Shown here: positions 32,183-41,935 of the stretch, piece by piece | Layout of the letters: every line of letters starts with the position of its first letter | How positions within the stretch are numbered: position 1 is the stretch's first letter | Source of the DNA: Candidatus Eiseniibacteriota bacterium | Lineage (GTDB): Bacteria > Eisenbacteria > RBG-16-71-46 | Assembly (NCBI GenBank): GCA_963744995.1 | Contig: CAVUWA010000005.1 | Coordinates: forward strand, 320,001 to 384,000 | Length of the DNA: 64,000 nucleotides | Direction: 5' to 3' | Translations under genes and position numbers: made by a program | The notes under the pieces: model-generated | The model's input: only the letters and a program-made list of their open reading frames with translations | Databases searched by the model: none | Told to the model about the DNA's origin: nothing

Positions 32183-33646
32183 ATGCGTTCCGTCCGTCGC
32201 GTCTCGCTCGCGGCGCTGCTCGCTCTCGTCACCTGTGCCCCGCTCGCCGTAGCGGCGCCCGAAGCGCCCTATGGCTATCTGACCGCGGTCGGCGGTTATA
32301 CCCTGTTCGATCATGACCTCCTCTACCCCACCGCCAAGCTGAAGGACACCTTCTACGCCGGCGGGCGACTGGGCTGGGCGCTCTCGCCACTGCTCGGCAT
32401 CGAGGCAGCGGGCGGCTGGTCACCGGCGCAGGAAGACATCGACAACGGCTCCGACGTCACGTTCTGGCACGCCTCGGGCAACATCATGATCACGCCCTAT
32501 CGCTGGAGCTTCGGCGGGCCGTTCGTGTCGGTGGGCGGCGGCTACGTCGCGCGCAACAGCAGCGACGCGCCGGACGACATCCACTTCGGCACCCTGGACG
32601 CCGCCGGTGGCTGGCTCGCCTGGTTCGGCGACAACTTCGGCGTCCGCCTCGAGGCGCGCAACATTCTGAGCATCCCGCACGACAACTGGCAGGGCGCGAA
32701 CAAGAACGACGCGGTGTTCTCGGGCGGCTTGACCTGGGCGTTCGGCGGCACGCCGCGCGACGAAGACATGGACGGCGTTGCGGACCGCAAGGACCAGTGT
32801 CCCAACACCCCCGCGGGCGCCACGGTCGACGCCAAGGGCTGCCCGCTCGACTCGGACGGTGACGGCGTGTTCGACGGGCTCGACCAGTGCGCCGACACGC
32901 CCGCCGGCGCCAAGGTCGACGCGAAGGGCTGCCCGACCGACGGCGACGGCGACGGTGTCTTCGACGGCCTCGACCAGTGCGCCGACACGCCCGCCGGCGC
33001 CAAGGTCGATGCGAAGGGCTGCCCGACCGACGGCGACGGCGACGGTGTCTTCGACGGCCTCGACAAGTGCCCGGACACGCCGGCCGGCGCCAAGGTCGAC
33101 GCCAGCGGCTGCCCGCTCGACAGCGACGGCGACGGCATCTACGACGGAATCGACAAGTGCCCCGGCACCGGTCCCGGGCTCAAGGTGGACAAGGACGGCT
33201 GCCCGATCGAGGTGACCGAGAAGGAGACCGAGCTGCTCGACACCGGCATGATCCGGCTCGGCAACATCAACTTCGAGACCGGCAAGGCCGACATCAATCC
33301 GGACTCCTACGCGACGCTCGACATCGTCGGCCAGCTGCTGAGCAAGTGGCCGCAGCTCAAGATCGAGATCGGCGGGCACACGGATTCGCGCGGCAGCGCC
33401 AAGTTCAACCAGAAGCTGTCGCAGGACCGCGCACAGTCGGTGCTCGATTATCTGCTGCAGAAGTTCCCGGGCCTCGACAAGTCGCAGTACACGGTGAAGG
33501 GCTACGGGGAGAGCGCGCCGATGGTGCCGAACGACAGCGCGCTCAACATGGCGAAGAACCGGCGCGTCGAGTTCAAGGTGTTGAACAAGGACGTGCTCAA
33601 GAAGGAAGTCGAGAAGCGCCGGCTGCTCAAGGAAGGCGACAAGTAG
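32183..33646 (+). CDS. OmpA family protein: beta-barrel, thrombospondin type-3 repeats, peptidoglycan-binding domain
   Basis: Signal peptide; DxDGDGVxDxxDxCPxTP repeats; INFETGKA, GHTD, LSQDRAQSV, NRRVEF. Confidence 0.93.
   Translation: MRSVRRVSLAALLALVTCAPLAVAAPEAPYGYLTAVGGYTLFDHDLLYPTAKLKDTFYAGGRLGWALSPLLGIEAAGGWSPAQEDIDNGSDVTFWHASGNIMITPYRWSFGGPFVSVGGGYVARNSSDAPDDIHFGTLDAAGGWLAWFGDNFGVRLEARNILSIPHDNWQGANKNDAVFSGGLTWAFGGTPRDEDMDGVADRKDQCPNTPAGATVDAKGCPLDSDGDGVFDGLDQCADTPAGAKVDAKGCPTDGDGDGVFDGLDQCADTPAGAKVDAKGCPTDGDGDGVFDGLDKCPDTPAGAKVDASGCPLDSDGDGIYDGIDKCPGTGPGLKVDKDGCPIEVTEKETELLDTGMIRLGNINFETGKADINPDSYATLDIVGQLLSKWPQLKIEIGGHTDSRGSAKFNQKLSQDRAQSVLDYLLQKFPGLDKSQYTVKGYGESAPMVPNDSALNMAKNRRVEFKVLNKDVLKKEVEKRRLLKEGDK
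32788..33204 (+). repeat. Intragenic tandem repeat, 87-bp (29-aa) TSP3 units, about 5 copies
   Basis: Near-identical units encoding DQCADTPAGAKVDAKGCPTDGDGDGVFDGL. Confidence 0.85.
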
Positions 33647-33681
33647 CGGCAGAGCGGCCGCGCGCCGCGACGGCCTGACGT

Positions 33682-33717
33682 CCGCGACGCCGGGGGGGCA
33701 ACCTCCCGGCGTCGTGG
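33682..33717. terminator. GNRA-capped hairpin between the convergent ompA-like and tetR genes
   Basis: CCGCGACGCCGGG...GCAA...CCCGGCGTCGTGG. Confidence 0.55.
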
Positions 33718-33787
33718 CGTCGTGGGGCAATCGGGGCGAGGCGTCGCGCGGCACCGCCGGCCACGCCCCGCTCCGGAATGGGACGGG

Positions 33788-34405
33788 TCAGGCTCCTGCG
33801 CTTGGATCGTCGAGCGCCGCCTTCAGCAGGCTGCGTGCGGACCACCGCATCACTTCCACCGCGCGCTTCCTCGAGATCCCGGCCAGATCCGTCAGCGTGA
33901 CGAGCGCCTCGATACCGACCGCGGCCGCCACCGCGTGCACCAGACGCTCGAATGCGGCGCGTTTCATGTCACCGCGCACCGGCTCCAGGGCTTCCGTGAT
34001 CCAGATGAAGCGGCGGCCTTTCCGCAGCGCGAGCTCGCGGCGTCCGTCGGCATCGCTCGACAGCGAGAGTCGCAGCATGGCGCGATAGCTCGCCTCGGCC
34101 GCCAGGAACATCCCGGCCAGCCGGGTGACGACGGTGTCGAGTCGCGCCTCCACGTCGACCGGCGGTGCCGCACCCAGCAGAGAGACGGCCTCGACCTCGG
34201 GATGCGCCGCGACGATCAGCGCGTCCTGGTTCGGGAAGTAGCGGTAGGCGGTGGCGCGCGAGATCGACGCCTCCGCCGCGGCGTCCTCGACGTTGGGGGT
34301 CACGCCCCGCTCGAGCAGGCGGCGTGCCGCCCTGATCAACGCGGTGCGCGTGCGAGCTTTCTGATGGCGGCGTCCACTGGCTTCATATGAGATTGACATG
34401 CTCAT
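33788..34405 (-). CDS. TetR/AcrR family transcriptional regulator
   Basis: RTRTALIRAARRLL, AAAEASISRATAYRYFPN HTH; several possible ATGs (34408, 34405, 34399). Confidence 0.9.
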   Translation of the reverse strand: MSMSISYEASGRRHQKARTRTALIRAARRLLERGVTPNVEDAAAEASISRATAYRYFPNQDALIVAAHPEVEAVSLLGAAPPVDVEARLDTVVTRLAGMFLAAEASYRAMLRLSLSSDADGRRELALRKGRRFIWITEALEPVRGDMKRAAFERLVHAVAAAVGIEALVTLTDLAGISRKRAVEVMRWSARSLLKAALDDPSAGA

Positions 34406-34424
34406 CATGATACACTAGTCTCAT
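34387..34424. promoter_or_regulatory. Divergent promoter region with two TetR operator-like palindromes
   Basis: TTGACA (34393-98), 17 nt, TAGTCT (34416-21) on +; palindromes ATGAG-N9-CTCAT (34387-34405) and ATGATAC-N4-GTCTCAT (34407-34424). Confidence 0.7.
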
Positions 34425-34490
34425 GTTTTGGCAAGCCGATTCGTCACGTCCGTCCCCTCCCCGGCGGGCCAACCATGGAGAACGGAAGCC

Positions 34491-35921
34491 ATGAAGAACG
34501 TACCAACGCCGCATCTCGACGAAGCCCCGCGCGTGCTCGAGGCGGAGGACACCGAGCCGCTTCGGGCCGCGTTCGGCCCCCAACTGGTCCTGCCCGGTGA
34601 CGCGCAGTACGAGACCGCCCGACGGGTATGGAACGGCATGATCGACCGGCGACCCGCCGCCGTCTGCCGCTGCCGCGGCGCGGCCGACGTGGCCGCGGCG
34701 ATCCGCTTCGCGCGCGATCGCGGCCTGCCGCTCTCGGTGCGGGGGGGCGGGCACAACGTTGCCGGCTTCGGAACCTGCGACGGCGGCGTGGTCATCGATC
34801 TCTCCCCCCTGCGCGGCGTACGCGTCGACCCGGACACACACACCGTGCGGGTCGGCGGAGGCGCGACCTGGGCCGATGTGGATCGTGAGACGCAGATGTA
34901 CGCACGCGCGGTCCCGGGCGGCATCGTGTCCACCACCGGCGTTGCCGGGCTGACGCTCGGCGGCGGACAGGGTTGGCTGCGCCGCACGTTCGGAATGGCC
35001 TGCGACAGTCTGCTCTCCGCCGATCTCGTCACGGCCGGAGGTGAGGCGATCACCGCCAGCGAGGAGCGGCGGCCTGAGCTGTTCTGGGCGTTGCGGGGCG
35101 GCGGCGGCAATTTCGGCGTCGTGACGTCGTTCGAGTTCCGCACCCACCCCGTCGGGCCGATGGTCGCCTTCGCGGGCCCCGTGTACCCGCTCGAGAGCGC
35201 CGCCGGGGTCATGGAGGCCGTGCGGGATTTCGCGGCCGGCGCGCCCGACGCGGTGAATGTCTCGGCGACCTGGTGGACGATCCCGGCCGTGCCGGGGTTC
35301 CCCGAAGCGCTGCACGGCAGACCCGTGATCATCGTCGGCGCGGCCTTCAGCGGTGCACCGGAACAGGGTGAGCGCATCCTCGAACCGCTGCGCCACATCG
35401 AGCCGCCGCTGCTGGATCTGTCGGGGACGCTTCCCTACGTGGGGCTGCAGAGCATGTTCGATCCGTTCTTTCCCGCCGTCGAGTGCCTTTACTACTGGAA
35501 ATCGATCTACCTGGCGGCGCTCGACGCCGGCGCGGTGAAGACCATTGCCGCGCACGTGGCTTCGCGTCCGTCCTCCAGGTCCATGGTGGGTCTCTGGGCC
35601 CTGGGCGGCGCGCTGGGACGGGTCCCCGCCGGCGCCACGGCGACCGGAGATCGCAGCGCCCCCTATCTGCTCGAGATCCTCGCCAACTGGACGGAGCCCG
35701 CCGCTTCGGACGCCAACGTGGCATGGGCGCGGGGGCTGTTCGACGCCATGCAGCCGTTCGGCACCGGCAAGACGAACTTCAACTTCCCGGGGTTCGGAGA
35801 CGAGCCCCACTTCGTGCGCGCCGCGTTCGGATCCGACTGGACCAGGCTGCGGGAGGTGAAGAAGCGGTACGATCCGGACAATGTCTTCCGGTTGAATCAG
35901 AACGTTCCGCCGGCGCGGTGA
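34491..35921 (+). CDS. FAD-linked oxidoreductase (VAO/berberine-bridge enzyme family)
   Basis: WNGMIDRRP, RGGGHN, GVAGLTLGGG, LFWALRGGGGNFGVV, YDPDNVFRLNQN. Confidence 0.92.
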   Translation: MKNVPTPHLDEAPRVLEAEDTEPLRAAFGPQLVLPGDAQYETARRVWNGMIDRRPAAVCRCRGAADVAAAIRFARDRGLPLSVRGGGHNVAGFGTCDGGVVIDLSPLRGVRVDPDTHTVRVGGGATWADVDRETQMYARAVPGGIVSTTGVAGLTLGGGQGWLRRTFGMACDSLLSADLVTAGGEAITASEERRPELFWALRGGGGNFGVVTSFEFRTHPVGPMVAFAGPVYPLESAAGVMEAVRDFAAGAPDAVNVSATWWTIPAVPGFPEALHGRPVIIVGAAFSGAPEQGERILEPLRHIEPPLLDLSGTLPYVGLQSMFDPFFPAVECLYYWKSIYLAALDAGAVKTIAAHVASRPSSRSMVGLWALGGALGRVPAGATATGDRSAPYLLEILANWTEPAASDANVAWARGLFDAMQPFGTGKTNFNFPGFGDEPHFVRAAFGSDWTRLREVKKRYDPDNVFRLNQNVPPAR

Positions 35922-36119
35922 GCGCGAGGCTGCCGGCCGTCTCGTAACCTCGATGATAGAGCTTCTCGAGCTCACCCCGGGTGGTCGCCTGCGCGAGCCT
36001 CGCGATCAGCGTGCTGTGCGTGCGCCCAAGCGGGCAAGGGAAAACCGCCTTGTTCGCCGCACGCGCCCTGCTAGACTGCCGGCGCAACGTCCCCGCGTTC
36101 GCCCCCGCTCGAGGTTCCG

Positions 36120-36815
36120 ATGCCGCGTTCCGCCACGGGCCACTTCACGCCCGATCTGTTCCGCTTCCTCACCCGCCTCAAGCGCAACAACCGCCGCGAC
36201 TGGTTCGAAACCCACAAGGCCGAGTACCTGGAGCACGTCCGCGATCCGATGCTCGCTTTCATTGCCGACTTCGCCCCACGCCTCGCGCGCATCAGCCCGC
36301 ACTTCGTGGCGGATCCGTCGCCGGTCGGCGGTTCGATGTTCCGGATCTACCGCGACGTCCGCTTCTCGAAGGACAAGCGCCCCTACAAGACCGCCGCGAC
36401 CGCTCGGTTCCAGCACGAGCGCGGCCGCGACGTGCATACGCCGGGCTGGTACCTGCATCTCGAGCCCGGTGCGGTGTACGTGGGCAGCGGCATCTGGCAC
36501 CCGGACGGCCCGGCCCTCACGCGCATCCGCCAGGCGATCGTGGCCGACACGGCCGCGTGGAAGAAGGTGCGCACCCATCGCACGCTGCGCACCGTGCACG
36601 AGTTCTCGGGCGAATCGCTCAGGCGGCCACCGCGCGGCTTCGACCCCGCGCATCCCTTCGTCGAGGACCTGATGCGCAAGGACATCGTCACGTTCGCGAC
36701 GCTGAACGAGAAGGCCGCGTGTGCTCCCGATTTCGTCGGCCGATTCGCGGAACTGTGCCGCGGCAGCGCGCCGCTGGTGCGGTTCCTGTGCGGAGCGCTC
36801 GAGGTGCCGTTCTGA
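36120..36815 (+). CDS. DUF2461 / TIGR02453 family protein
   Basis: NNRRDWF, FRIYRDVRFSKDKRPYK, PPRGF. Confidence 0.88.
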   Translation: MPRSATGHFTPDLFRFLTRLKRNNRRDWFETHKAEYLEHVRDPMLAFIADFAPRLARISPHFVADPSPVGGSMFRIYRDVRFSKDKRPYKTAATARFQHERGRDVHTPGWYLHLEPGAVYVGSGIWHPDGPALTRIRQAIVADTAAWKKVRTHRTLRTVHEFSGESLRRPPRGFDPAHPFVEDLMRKDIVTFATLNEKAACAPDFVGRFAELCRGSAPLVRFLCGALEVPF

Positions 36816-36876
36816 GCTGAAGTGCAGGGCCGCCGTGACGGGTCCGGCATGAAGTCAGCGGGCGCCCGACCGCTGC

Positions 36877-37032
36877 TCAATGGTCGTGCTTCTGCTTCTC
36901 GATCGCCCGCTCCTCCTTCTTCAGCAGCTGGCCGACGAAGAAGAACAGGCCGGCGATCATGACCACCCAGAAGATGCCGTAGATCGAAAACGCCGTCTTG
37001 AGAATGGCGCCGAGGTTGTGCTCCATCAGCAT
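36877..37032 (-). CDS. Small single-TM protein, 51 aa (absent from the ORF track)
   Basis: GGAGGAG RBS; MLMEHNLGAILKTAFSIYGIFWVVMIAGLFFFVGQLLKKERAIEKQKHDH*; GC-rich third codon positions. Confidence 0.7.
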   Translation of the reverse strand: MLMEHNLGAILKTAFSIYGIFWVVMIAGLFFFVGQLLKKEERAIEKQKHDH

Positions 37033-37123
37033 GTGCGGATCTCCTCCGGTCGAAACGTTCGTGCGCCGCTGGCGCGTGCCGGGGCAGTCTAGCGGGCCGG
37101 CATGCGTCGTGCCAGCCGCGCGG

Positions 37124-37960
37124 TCACAGCGGGCGTCGCCGGAACCCGACGAGCGCGAGCAGCAGCACGACCAGCAGGTAGCCGACGGTCCAGACCACCA
37201 TGGCCGGCGTCGGCACCGAGGCCGGCGAGAACGGCGTGAGCGCCAGTTCGCGCATGATGCCGGGCTGCATGTGCCAGGCGGCGAACTGCCACATGGACTC
37301 GCTGGGCATGATGAGGCTGGCGATGACGCCGACCGTGCGCGCCGCGTCGTTGCCGGCCCGAGCGCCGATCTGCTCGACCCAGCCGCCGATGAACGCGAGT
37401 CCGAACAGGCCGAACACGACGACGCCGTTGGTGACGGTGCTCAGCCAGGTCCCGCCCGCGACCGAGAGCGTCATCAGCAGCAGCCCCTCGAGCAGCATGA
37501 GCGAGAAGCCGGCGGCGAGCCCGGTCGGGGTGACGCCGGCGATCCAGCGCCCGATCAGGACCACTCCGCCCGCCATCAGGGCGAGGTAGCCGGCGACGAT
37601 CAGCGCGAAGGCGAGCCACTTGCCGAGCACGATCTCCGACCGCCGCACCGGCTTCGAGGCCACCGTCTGCATCACTCCCGAGGCGATCTCGCCCGAGATC
37701 GAGTCCACGGGCACCAGCACCGCGGTCATGATCATGAGGAAGTTCACGGCATAGAGGCCGGCCATCACGAAGAACGCCAGCAGCATCCGCTGGCGCAGCA
37801 GCGAGGCCGGCCCGTGCGACGCCACCTCGCGATGGACGAAATGCATGCCGAGCGCGAACAGGGCGAGCCCGACCACCCCGAAGATCGCGGTGGCAAGCAG
37901 GACCCGGCGCCGGGCCGCTTCGTGCAGCGTGATCCGCGCGACCGTGAACAGTGCGCTCAT
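37124..37960 (-). CDS. ABC-2 type transporter permease
   Basis: ISGEIASG...SKPVRRSEIVLGKW motif; about 6 TM helices. Confidence 0.88.
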   Translation of the reverse strand: MSALFTVARITLHEAARRRVLLATAIFGVVGLALFALGMHFVHREVASHGPASLLRQRMLLAFFVMAGLYAVNFLMIMTAVLVPVDSISGEIASGVMQTVASKPVRRSEIVLGKWLAFALIVAGYLALMAGGVVLIGRWIAGVTPTGLAAGFSLMLLEGLLLMTLSVAGGTWLSTVTNGVVVFGLFGLAFIGGWVEQIGARAGNDAARTVGVIASLIMPSESMWQFAAWHMQPGIMRELALTPFSPASVPTPAMVVWTVGYLLVVLLLALVGFRRRPL

Positions 37961-38874
37961 CCGGGCCTCTGATCGTCGCCCATGACGCGCACGAACAGTT
38001 CCTCGAGCGAGGGCCGCGACGCTTCGAGCCGGTACAGGTCGGCGCCGTGGCCGATCAGCCAGCGCGAGAGGTCGGGCAGCGCCGCTTCCGACCTCGCACG
38101 CAGCACGACCAGGCGGCCGTTGACCGACAGCGTCTCGCCGAAGCGCGCGAGCCCTTCGAGCAGTGCCGCGTCGGTCGCGCCGAGCTCGAGCCGCACGACG
38201 AGGTCCGTGGCGGCGGCGGTGAGCGCCAGCTCGTGGACGGTGCGTCCGTGCTTGACGAACGCGACCCGGTCACAGGTCGCTTCGACCTCGCCCAGCAGGT
38301 GCGAGTTCAGGAACACGGCGGTGCCCGCGGCGCGCAGCTCGCGGATCAGGTCGCGCACCAGCAGGCGACCGAGCGGGTCGAGTCCCGAGGTCGGCTCGTC
38401 GAGAAACACCAGCGCCGGCTCGTTGAGCAGCGCCTGCGCGAGACCCACGCGCTGCAGCATGCCCTTGCTGTAGTTCCTGAGCTTCTCGTGCCCTGCGTCG
38501 AGCAGGTCGACGCGAGCGAGCAGCGCCTCGATGCGCGCCTCGAGCCGCGCGCCGCGCATCCCGTAGAGTCGACCGTGGAAGCGCAGCATCTCGCGGCCGC
38601 TGAGCCAGTCCTGGAAGCGGAAGTGCTCGGGCAGGAAGCCGATCCGCGCGCGGGCGCGGCGGTCGCCAAGCGGCGCCCCGAGCAGCGTTGCGGTCCCGGA
38701 GGTCGGCCGGATCAGGCCGAGCATCATTTTGAGCGAAGTCGTCTTCCCCGCTCCGTTCGGACCGAGGAAGCCGAATACCTCTCCGGGCTGAACCTCCAGG
38801 GAGAGCTCGGCGACCGCGACCTTGCGGCCGAATTCCTTGCGCAGCTTCCGTGCCGCGATGACGGGTGCGGCCAG
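37957..38874 (-). CDS. ABC transporter ATP-binding protein (probable CTG start)
   Basis: GFLGPNGAGKTT Walker A lies upstream of the first ATG; YSKGMLQR, FLDEPTSGLDP, NSH; GGAGGAG precedes CTG at 38874. Confidence 0.9.
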   Translation of the reverse strand: MAAPVIAARKLRKEFGRKVAVAELSLEVQPGEVFGFLGPNGAGKTTSLKMMLGLIRPTSGTATLLGAPLGDRRARARIGFLPEHFRFQDWLSGREMLRFHGRLYGMRGARLEARIEALLARVDLLDAGHEKLRNYSKGMLQRVGLAQALLNEPALVFLDEPTSGLDPLGRLLVRDLIRELRAAGTAVFLNSHLLGEVEATCDRVAFVKHGRTVHELALTAAATDLVVRLELGATDAALLEGLARFGETLSVNGRLVVLRARSEAALPDLSRWLIGHGADLYRLEASRPSLEELFVRVMGDDQRPG

Positions 38875-38903
38875 GGTCTCCTCCGGCGGTCTGGCGGCTC
38901 GCT

Positions 38904-39881
38904 TCAGCGCACCGACTGGGCCATCTCCAGCAGGTCGGCCTCGTTCAGGTTGCCGGCCAGCGCATATACCTTACCGCCAACGGCCCACATCAGCGCATTG
39001 CCGCCGCGGCGCCCTGCGGGAATGTCCTCGTTGCCGTGATCGGCGTGGATCAGCAGCGCCTGCGTGCCGTGCACCGTGACGTTGCGGAACGAGCTCACGC
39101 TGGTCGGCACCGGCACCAGCAGCGTGGTATGCCAGTCGATCGAGTGTGCGAGGCGCTGCGCCTCCGCCGGGGACAGCCCGGCGATGCGCAGCGCGATGCG
39201 GCCCAGGTCTTCGAGGTCCATGGCCGGCGGCAGGCGCACGTCCGGGCTCATCGACTGCATGAAGCGCACCTTGCGCCCCTCCTTCGCATAGAGCATCTGC
39301 ACCGCGGGCGCCATGCGCAGCTGGACCTGCGCGCCGTCGAGATTCGCCGGCACCTGCACGTCGTGGATGTCCAGCAGGCGCAGGATCTCCTCGAGGATCG
39401 AGGCGTCCGCCGTGAGTCGCGCCAGGCTCGCGCCGCTCACCGAGATCGCACCCGGCTCGAGGCCGGCGGGCAGGCGGGCGGGTTCGGCAACTGCGAATCC
39501 GGCCAGCCGCGCGGCCTCGGCGGCGTTCGCGGCGGGTTGCGGCTCGCCCGGCTTCTCGAGCACCTCGATCCGCTTCGCCATCAGTTCGCGCAGGTCGACC
39601 TCGTCGCCGTCGAGCACGCGGAAGCGCTCGGGGTCCACCGCCACCGGCGTGAACGTGCGCACCCGGAAGATGTCGAGGAACGATCCCGCGAACGCACGTA
39701 CCGAGGGGAACGCGAAAGAGCCGCCGATCGCGATCGCGAACGCCGCGGCCACCGCCAGCGGCCGCCAGCGCACGCCGGCGCCGGGCGGCGCCGCCTGCTG
39801 CGCCCTGAGCCGCGCCCTGAGACTCGTCTCGAAACCAGGATCGGGATCCCGGCGCAGGTCGTGCAGGAACCGGTCTTCCAT
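38904..39881 (-). CDS. Putative anti-sigma factor / DUF4367-like membrane protein
   Basis: Short N-terminal cytoplasmic part, one TM (PSVRAFA), extracytoplasmic domain ending LLEMAQSV; directly after the ECF gene. Confidence 0.65.
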   Translation of the reverse strand: MEDRFLHDLRRDPDPGFETSLRARLRAQQAAPPGAGVRWRPLAVAAAFAIAIGGSFAFPSVRAFAGSFLDIFRVRTFTPVAVDPERFRVLDGDEVDLRELMAKRIEVLEKPGEPQPAANAAEAARLAGFAVAEPARLPAGLEPGAISVSGASLARLTADASILEEILRLLDIHDVQVPANLDGAQVQLRMAPAVQMLYAKEGRKVRFMQSMSPDVRLPPAMDLEDLGRIALRIAGLSPAEAQRLAHSIDWHTTLLVPVPTSVSSFRNVTVHGTQALLIHADHGNEDIPAGRRGGNALMWAVGGKVYALAGNLNEADLLEMAQSVR

Positions 39882-39895
39882 GTCGACTCTCCCCT

Positions 39896-40429
39896 TTACC
39901 ATGCGGTTCTCAGCTGTCGGATCGTGCGGTGCAGGATCGTGCCGACGTTGGACTCGGTGAGTCCCGTCAGCTCCGCGATCGCCCGGTTGGTCATGTCGGC
40001 GCCGTACTTGAGCGCAACGATCTCGCGCTCGCGCCCGGGCAGCAGCGCGAGCAGCGCTTCGAGCCGCTCGAAGTCGGAACGCCTGGCCGCCGCGGCCTCG
40101 GGCGTCGCGCCGGGGTCCACGTGCGCCGTCTCGTCGAGCGGCGCCATCTCGCGGCGGCGGCGCCAGTGGTCGACCGCCACGTTGCGGGCGATCGCGTACA
40201 GCCACGTCGTGAACGCGCCGAGGTCGCGCCGGTAGCGGTGGCGGTGGCGCCAGGCCTTCTCGAAGGTGGTGGCCGTCAGATCCTCGGCGTCGGGGCCGTC
40301 GCCGACCCGGTAGCGGAAGTAGTTGTAGATCCGCGGCAGATGGGCGCTGTAGAGCGCGTCCCAGTCGGATTCGCGGGCCGGCAGGACCCACGGCCGCCAG
40401 CGGGCGATCACGGCGGATTGCGTCGTCAT
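39896..40429 (-). CDS. ECF RNA polymerase sigma factor
   Basis: AEDLTATTFEKAW, FTTWLYAIARN, region-4 HTH TNRAIAELTGLTESNV. Confidence 0.9.
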   Translation of the reverse strand: MTTQSAVIARWRPWVLPARESDWDALYSAHLPRIYNYFRYRVGDGPDAEDLTATTFEKAWRHRHRYRRDLGAFTTWLYAIARNVAVDHWRRRREMAPLDETAHVDPGATPEAAAARRSDFERLEALLALLPGREREIVALKYGADMTNRAIAELTGLTESNVGTILHRTIRQLRTAW

Positions 40430-40654
40430 GTCGCTCAAGTATACGGGCGGACCGCGCCGCTATCACGAGGCCCCCGGATCGCCCCGCCGTCCCCGGGGGC
40501 GGCGCCGCAGAGCCGCCCGGTGCGGCCCGCGCGGGCCGCGGAGGCGGCGCCAACGGCCGGCCGGCGCGGGCAGCGCGAACGGCCGGCCGCGGGGGCAGCG
40601 CGAACGGCCGGCCGGCGGCGGCGGCATCCCGGGCCCCGCTCCACGCCGGTACGG

Positions 40655-41935
40655 CTACGAGGCGCCGAGTTCCTTCAGCATCTTCACGGCATTGCTGTTG
40701 GCGGGGTTGATCTCGAGCGATTTCCGGTAGTGCTCGATCGCCTGCGCCTTGTGGCCGCTCTTCATTTCCGCTTCGCCGAGGCTGTCCCAGACGTTCGCCG
40801 ACTTCGGGTAGCTCTCGGCGTTGAGCTCCAGCAGCATCAACGCCGCGTCCATCTGCCCCGCGGCCATGAGCTGGTAGCCCATGAAGTTCACCTCGGTCTC
40901 GGTGAACGCCTTCGCGGTTGCGGGGTCCTTCTTCCACGCGCGGTAGGCAGCCTCCATCCCCGCCACGCCACCCTTCGCGAGCGCCGCCGCCAGGTGCGAG
41001 GTGAACGTGGCCAGCGTGATCTGTCGCACCGAGGAGAGCGGCGCCGGCGGCACCTCCAGCGTCGGCGGCGCGCGGTTGATGTAGTCGTTCACGTAGAGCC
41101 GGTCGCCCTGCGGACCCGCGGCGATGCCGTTCGGCAGCGTGAAGGTCGCCTCGAGCGCGGCTCCGTCCTGCTCGCCGGGCGTGCCCGTGCCCGCGAACGG
41201 GGTGACCTTGCCGTCCATGGCCACCCTGTAGAGCCGGTGTCCGCGGAAGCTCGTGGCGTAGAGGGCGCCGCGCATCGCGGCGACGTGACCGTTGCCGCCG
41301 CCGGGCAGCCGTGCGAACTCGGTGACCTTGCCGTCGCGGGTGATCTTCAGCATGCTTTCGTTCCCGAAGTTCACCACGTACAGGTTGCTGTCGGGACCCA
41401 CCGTGATGCCGTTCGGGCACTTGAAGAGATCGCTCTCAGCGAACGGCGTCACCTTTCCAGTGCTGCTCACGCGGCTCAGGGAGTTGCCGCGGCAGTTGCA
41501 GACGTATGCGTCGCCGCTCACGCGGTCGACGGCGATGCCGACCGGGCCCTCGAGCCCGCGCGCGAGGGTCTCGACATGACCCACGCGGTCGACGCGGCTG
41601 ATGAAGTCACCCCAGAAGCTCGACTGGAGCAGCCGGCCCTCCACGTCGATCGCGTTCCCCGAGGCGCCGTAGAATCCTTCGGCGAACACGCTCACCTCGC
41701 CCCACGGCCGGATCCGGTAGACCCGGTCGCGGAAGTCGGCGACGTAGATGTTGCCGAGCGCGTCCACCGCGACGCCGCCGACGGCGCCGGCGAGCGAATC
41801 GGCGACGGTGCGCACGCGATCGCCCGCCGGCGGCGCGGGCGGCGCACTCTGTGCATGGAGCGGCGCCACGGCGGAAGCGGCAAGCAGCAGGACGAGCGTG
41901 GCGCCGGCGGCGCCGCGAAGCGGGTGCCTGATCAC
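40655..41935 (-). CDS. Exported NHL/SMP-30-type beta-propeller protein with C-terminal TPR
   Basis: Signal peptide; GVAVDALGNIYVAD, PNGITVGPD, PNGIAAGP; YPKSANVWDSLGEA TPR. Confidence 0.78.
   Translation of the reverse strand: MIRHPLRGAAGATLVLLLAASAVAPLHAQSAPPAPPAGDRVRTVADSLAGAVGGVAVDALGNIYVADFRDRVYRIRPWGEVSVFAEGFYGASGNAIDVEGRLLQSSFWGDFISRVDRVGHVETLARGLEGPVGIAVDRVSGDAYVCNCRGNSLSRVSSTGKVTPFAESDLFKCPNGITVGPDSNLYVVNFGNESMLKITRDGKVTEFARLPGGGNGHVAAMRGALYATSFRGHRLYRVAMDGKVTPFAGTGTPGEQDGAALEATFTLPNGIAAGPQGDRLYVNDYINRAPPTLEVPPAPLSSVRQITLATFTSHLAAALAKGGVAGMEAAYRAWKKDPATAKAFTETEVNFMGYQLMAAGQMDAALMLLELNAESYPKSANVWDSLGEAEMKSGHKAQAIEHYRKSLEINPANSNAVKMLKELGAS

Noticed and set aside
32788..33204. Regular direct repeats resembling a CRISPR array
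   Set aside because: In-frame 87-bp coding repeats (TSP3 motifs) inside the OmpA-family gene; no unique spacers and no cas genes
40495..40640. GC-rich short direct repeats (GGGCAGCGCGAACGGCCGGCCG twice)
   Set aside because: Only two adjacent copies in low-complexity intergenic DNA; no terminal inverted repeats or transposase; cannot support a MITE or REP call
38904..41420. 838-aa ORF spanning the NHL, ECF and anti-sigma genes
   Set aside because: Only the part from 39881 looks like real protein; the remainder is off-frame read-through
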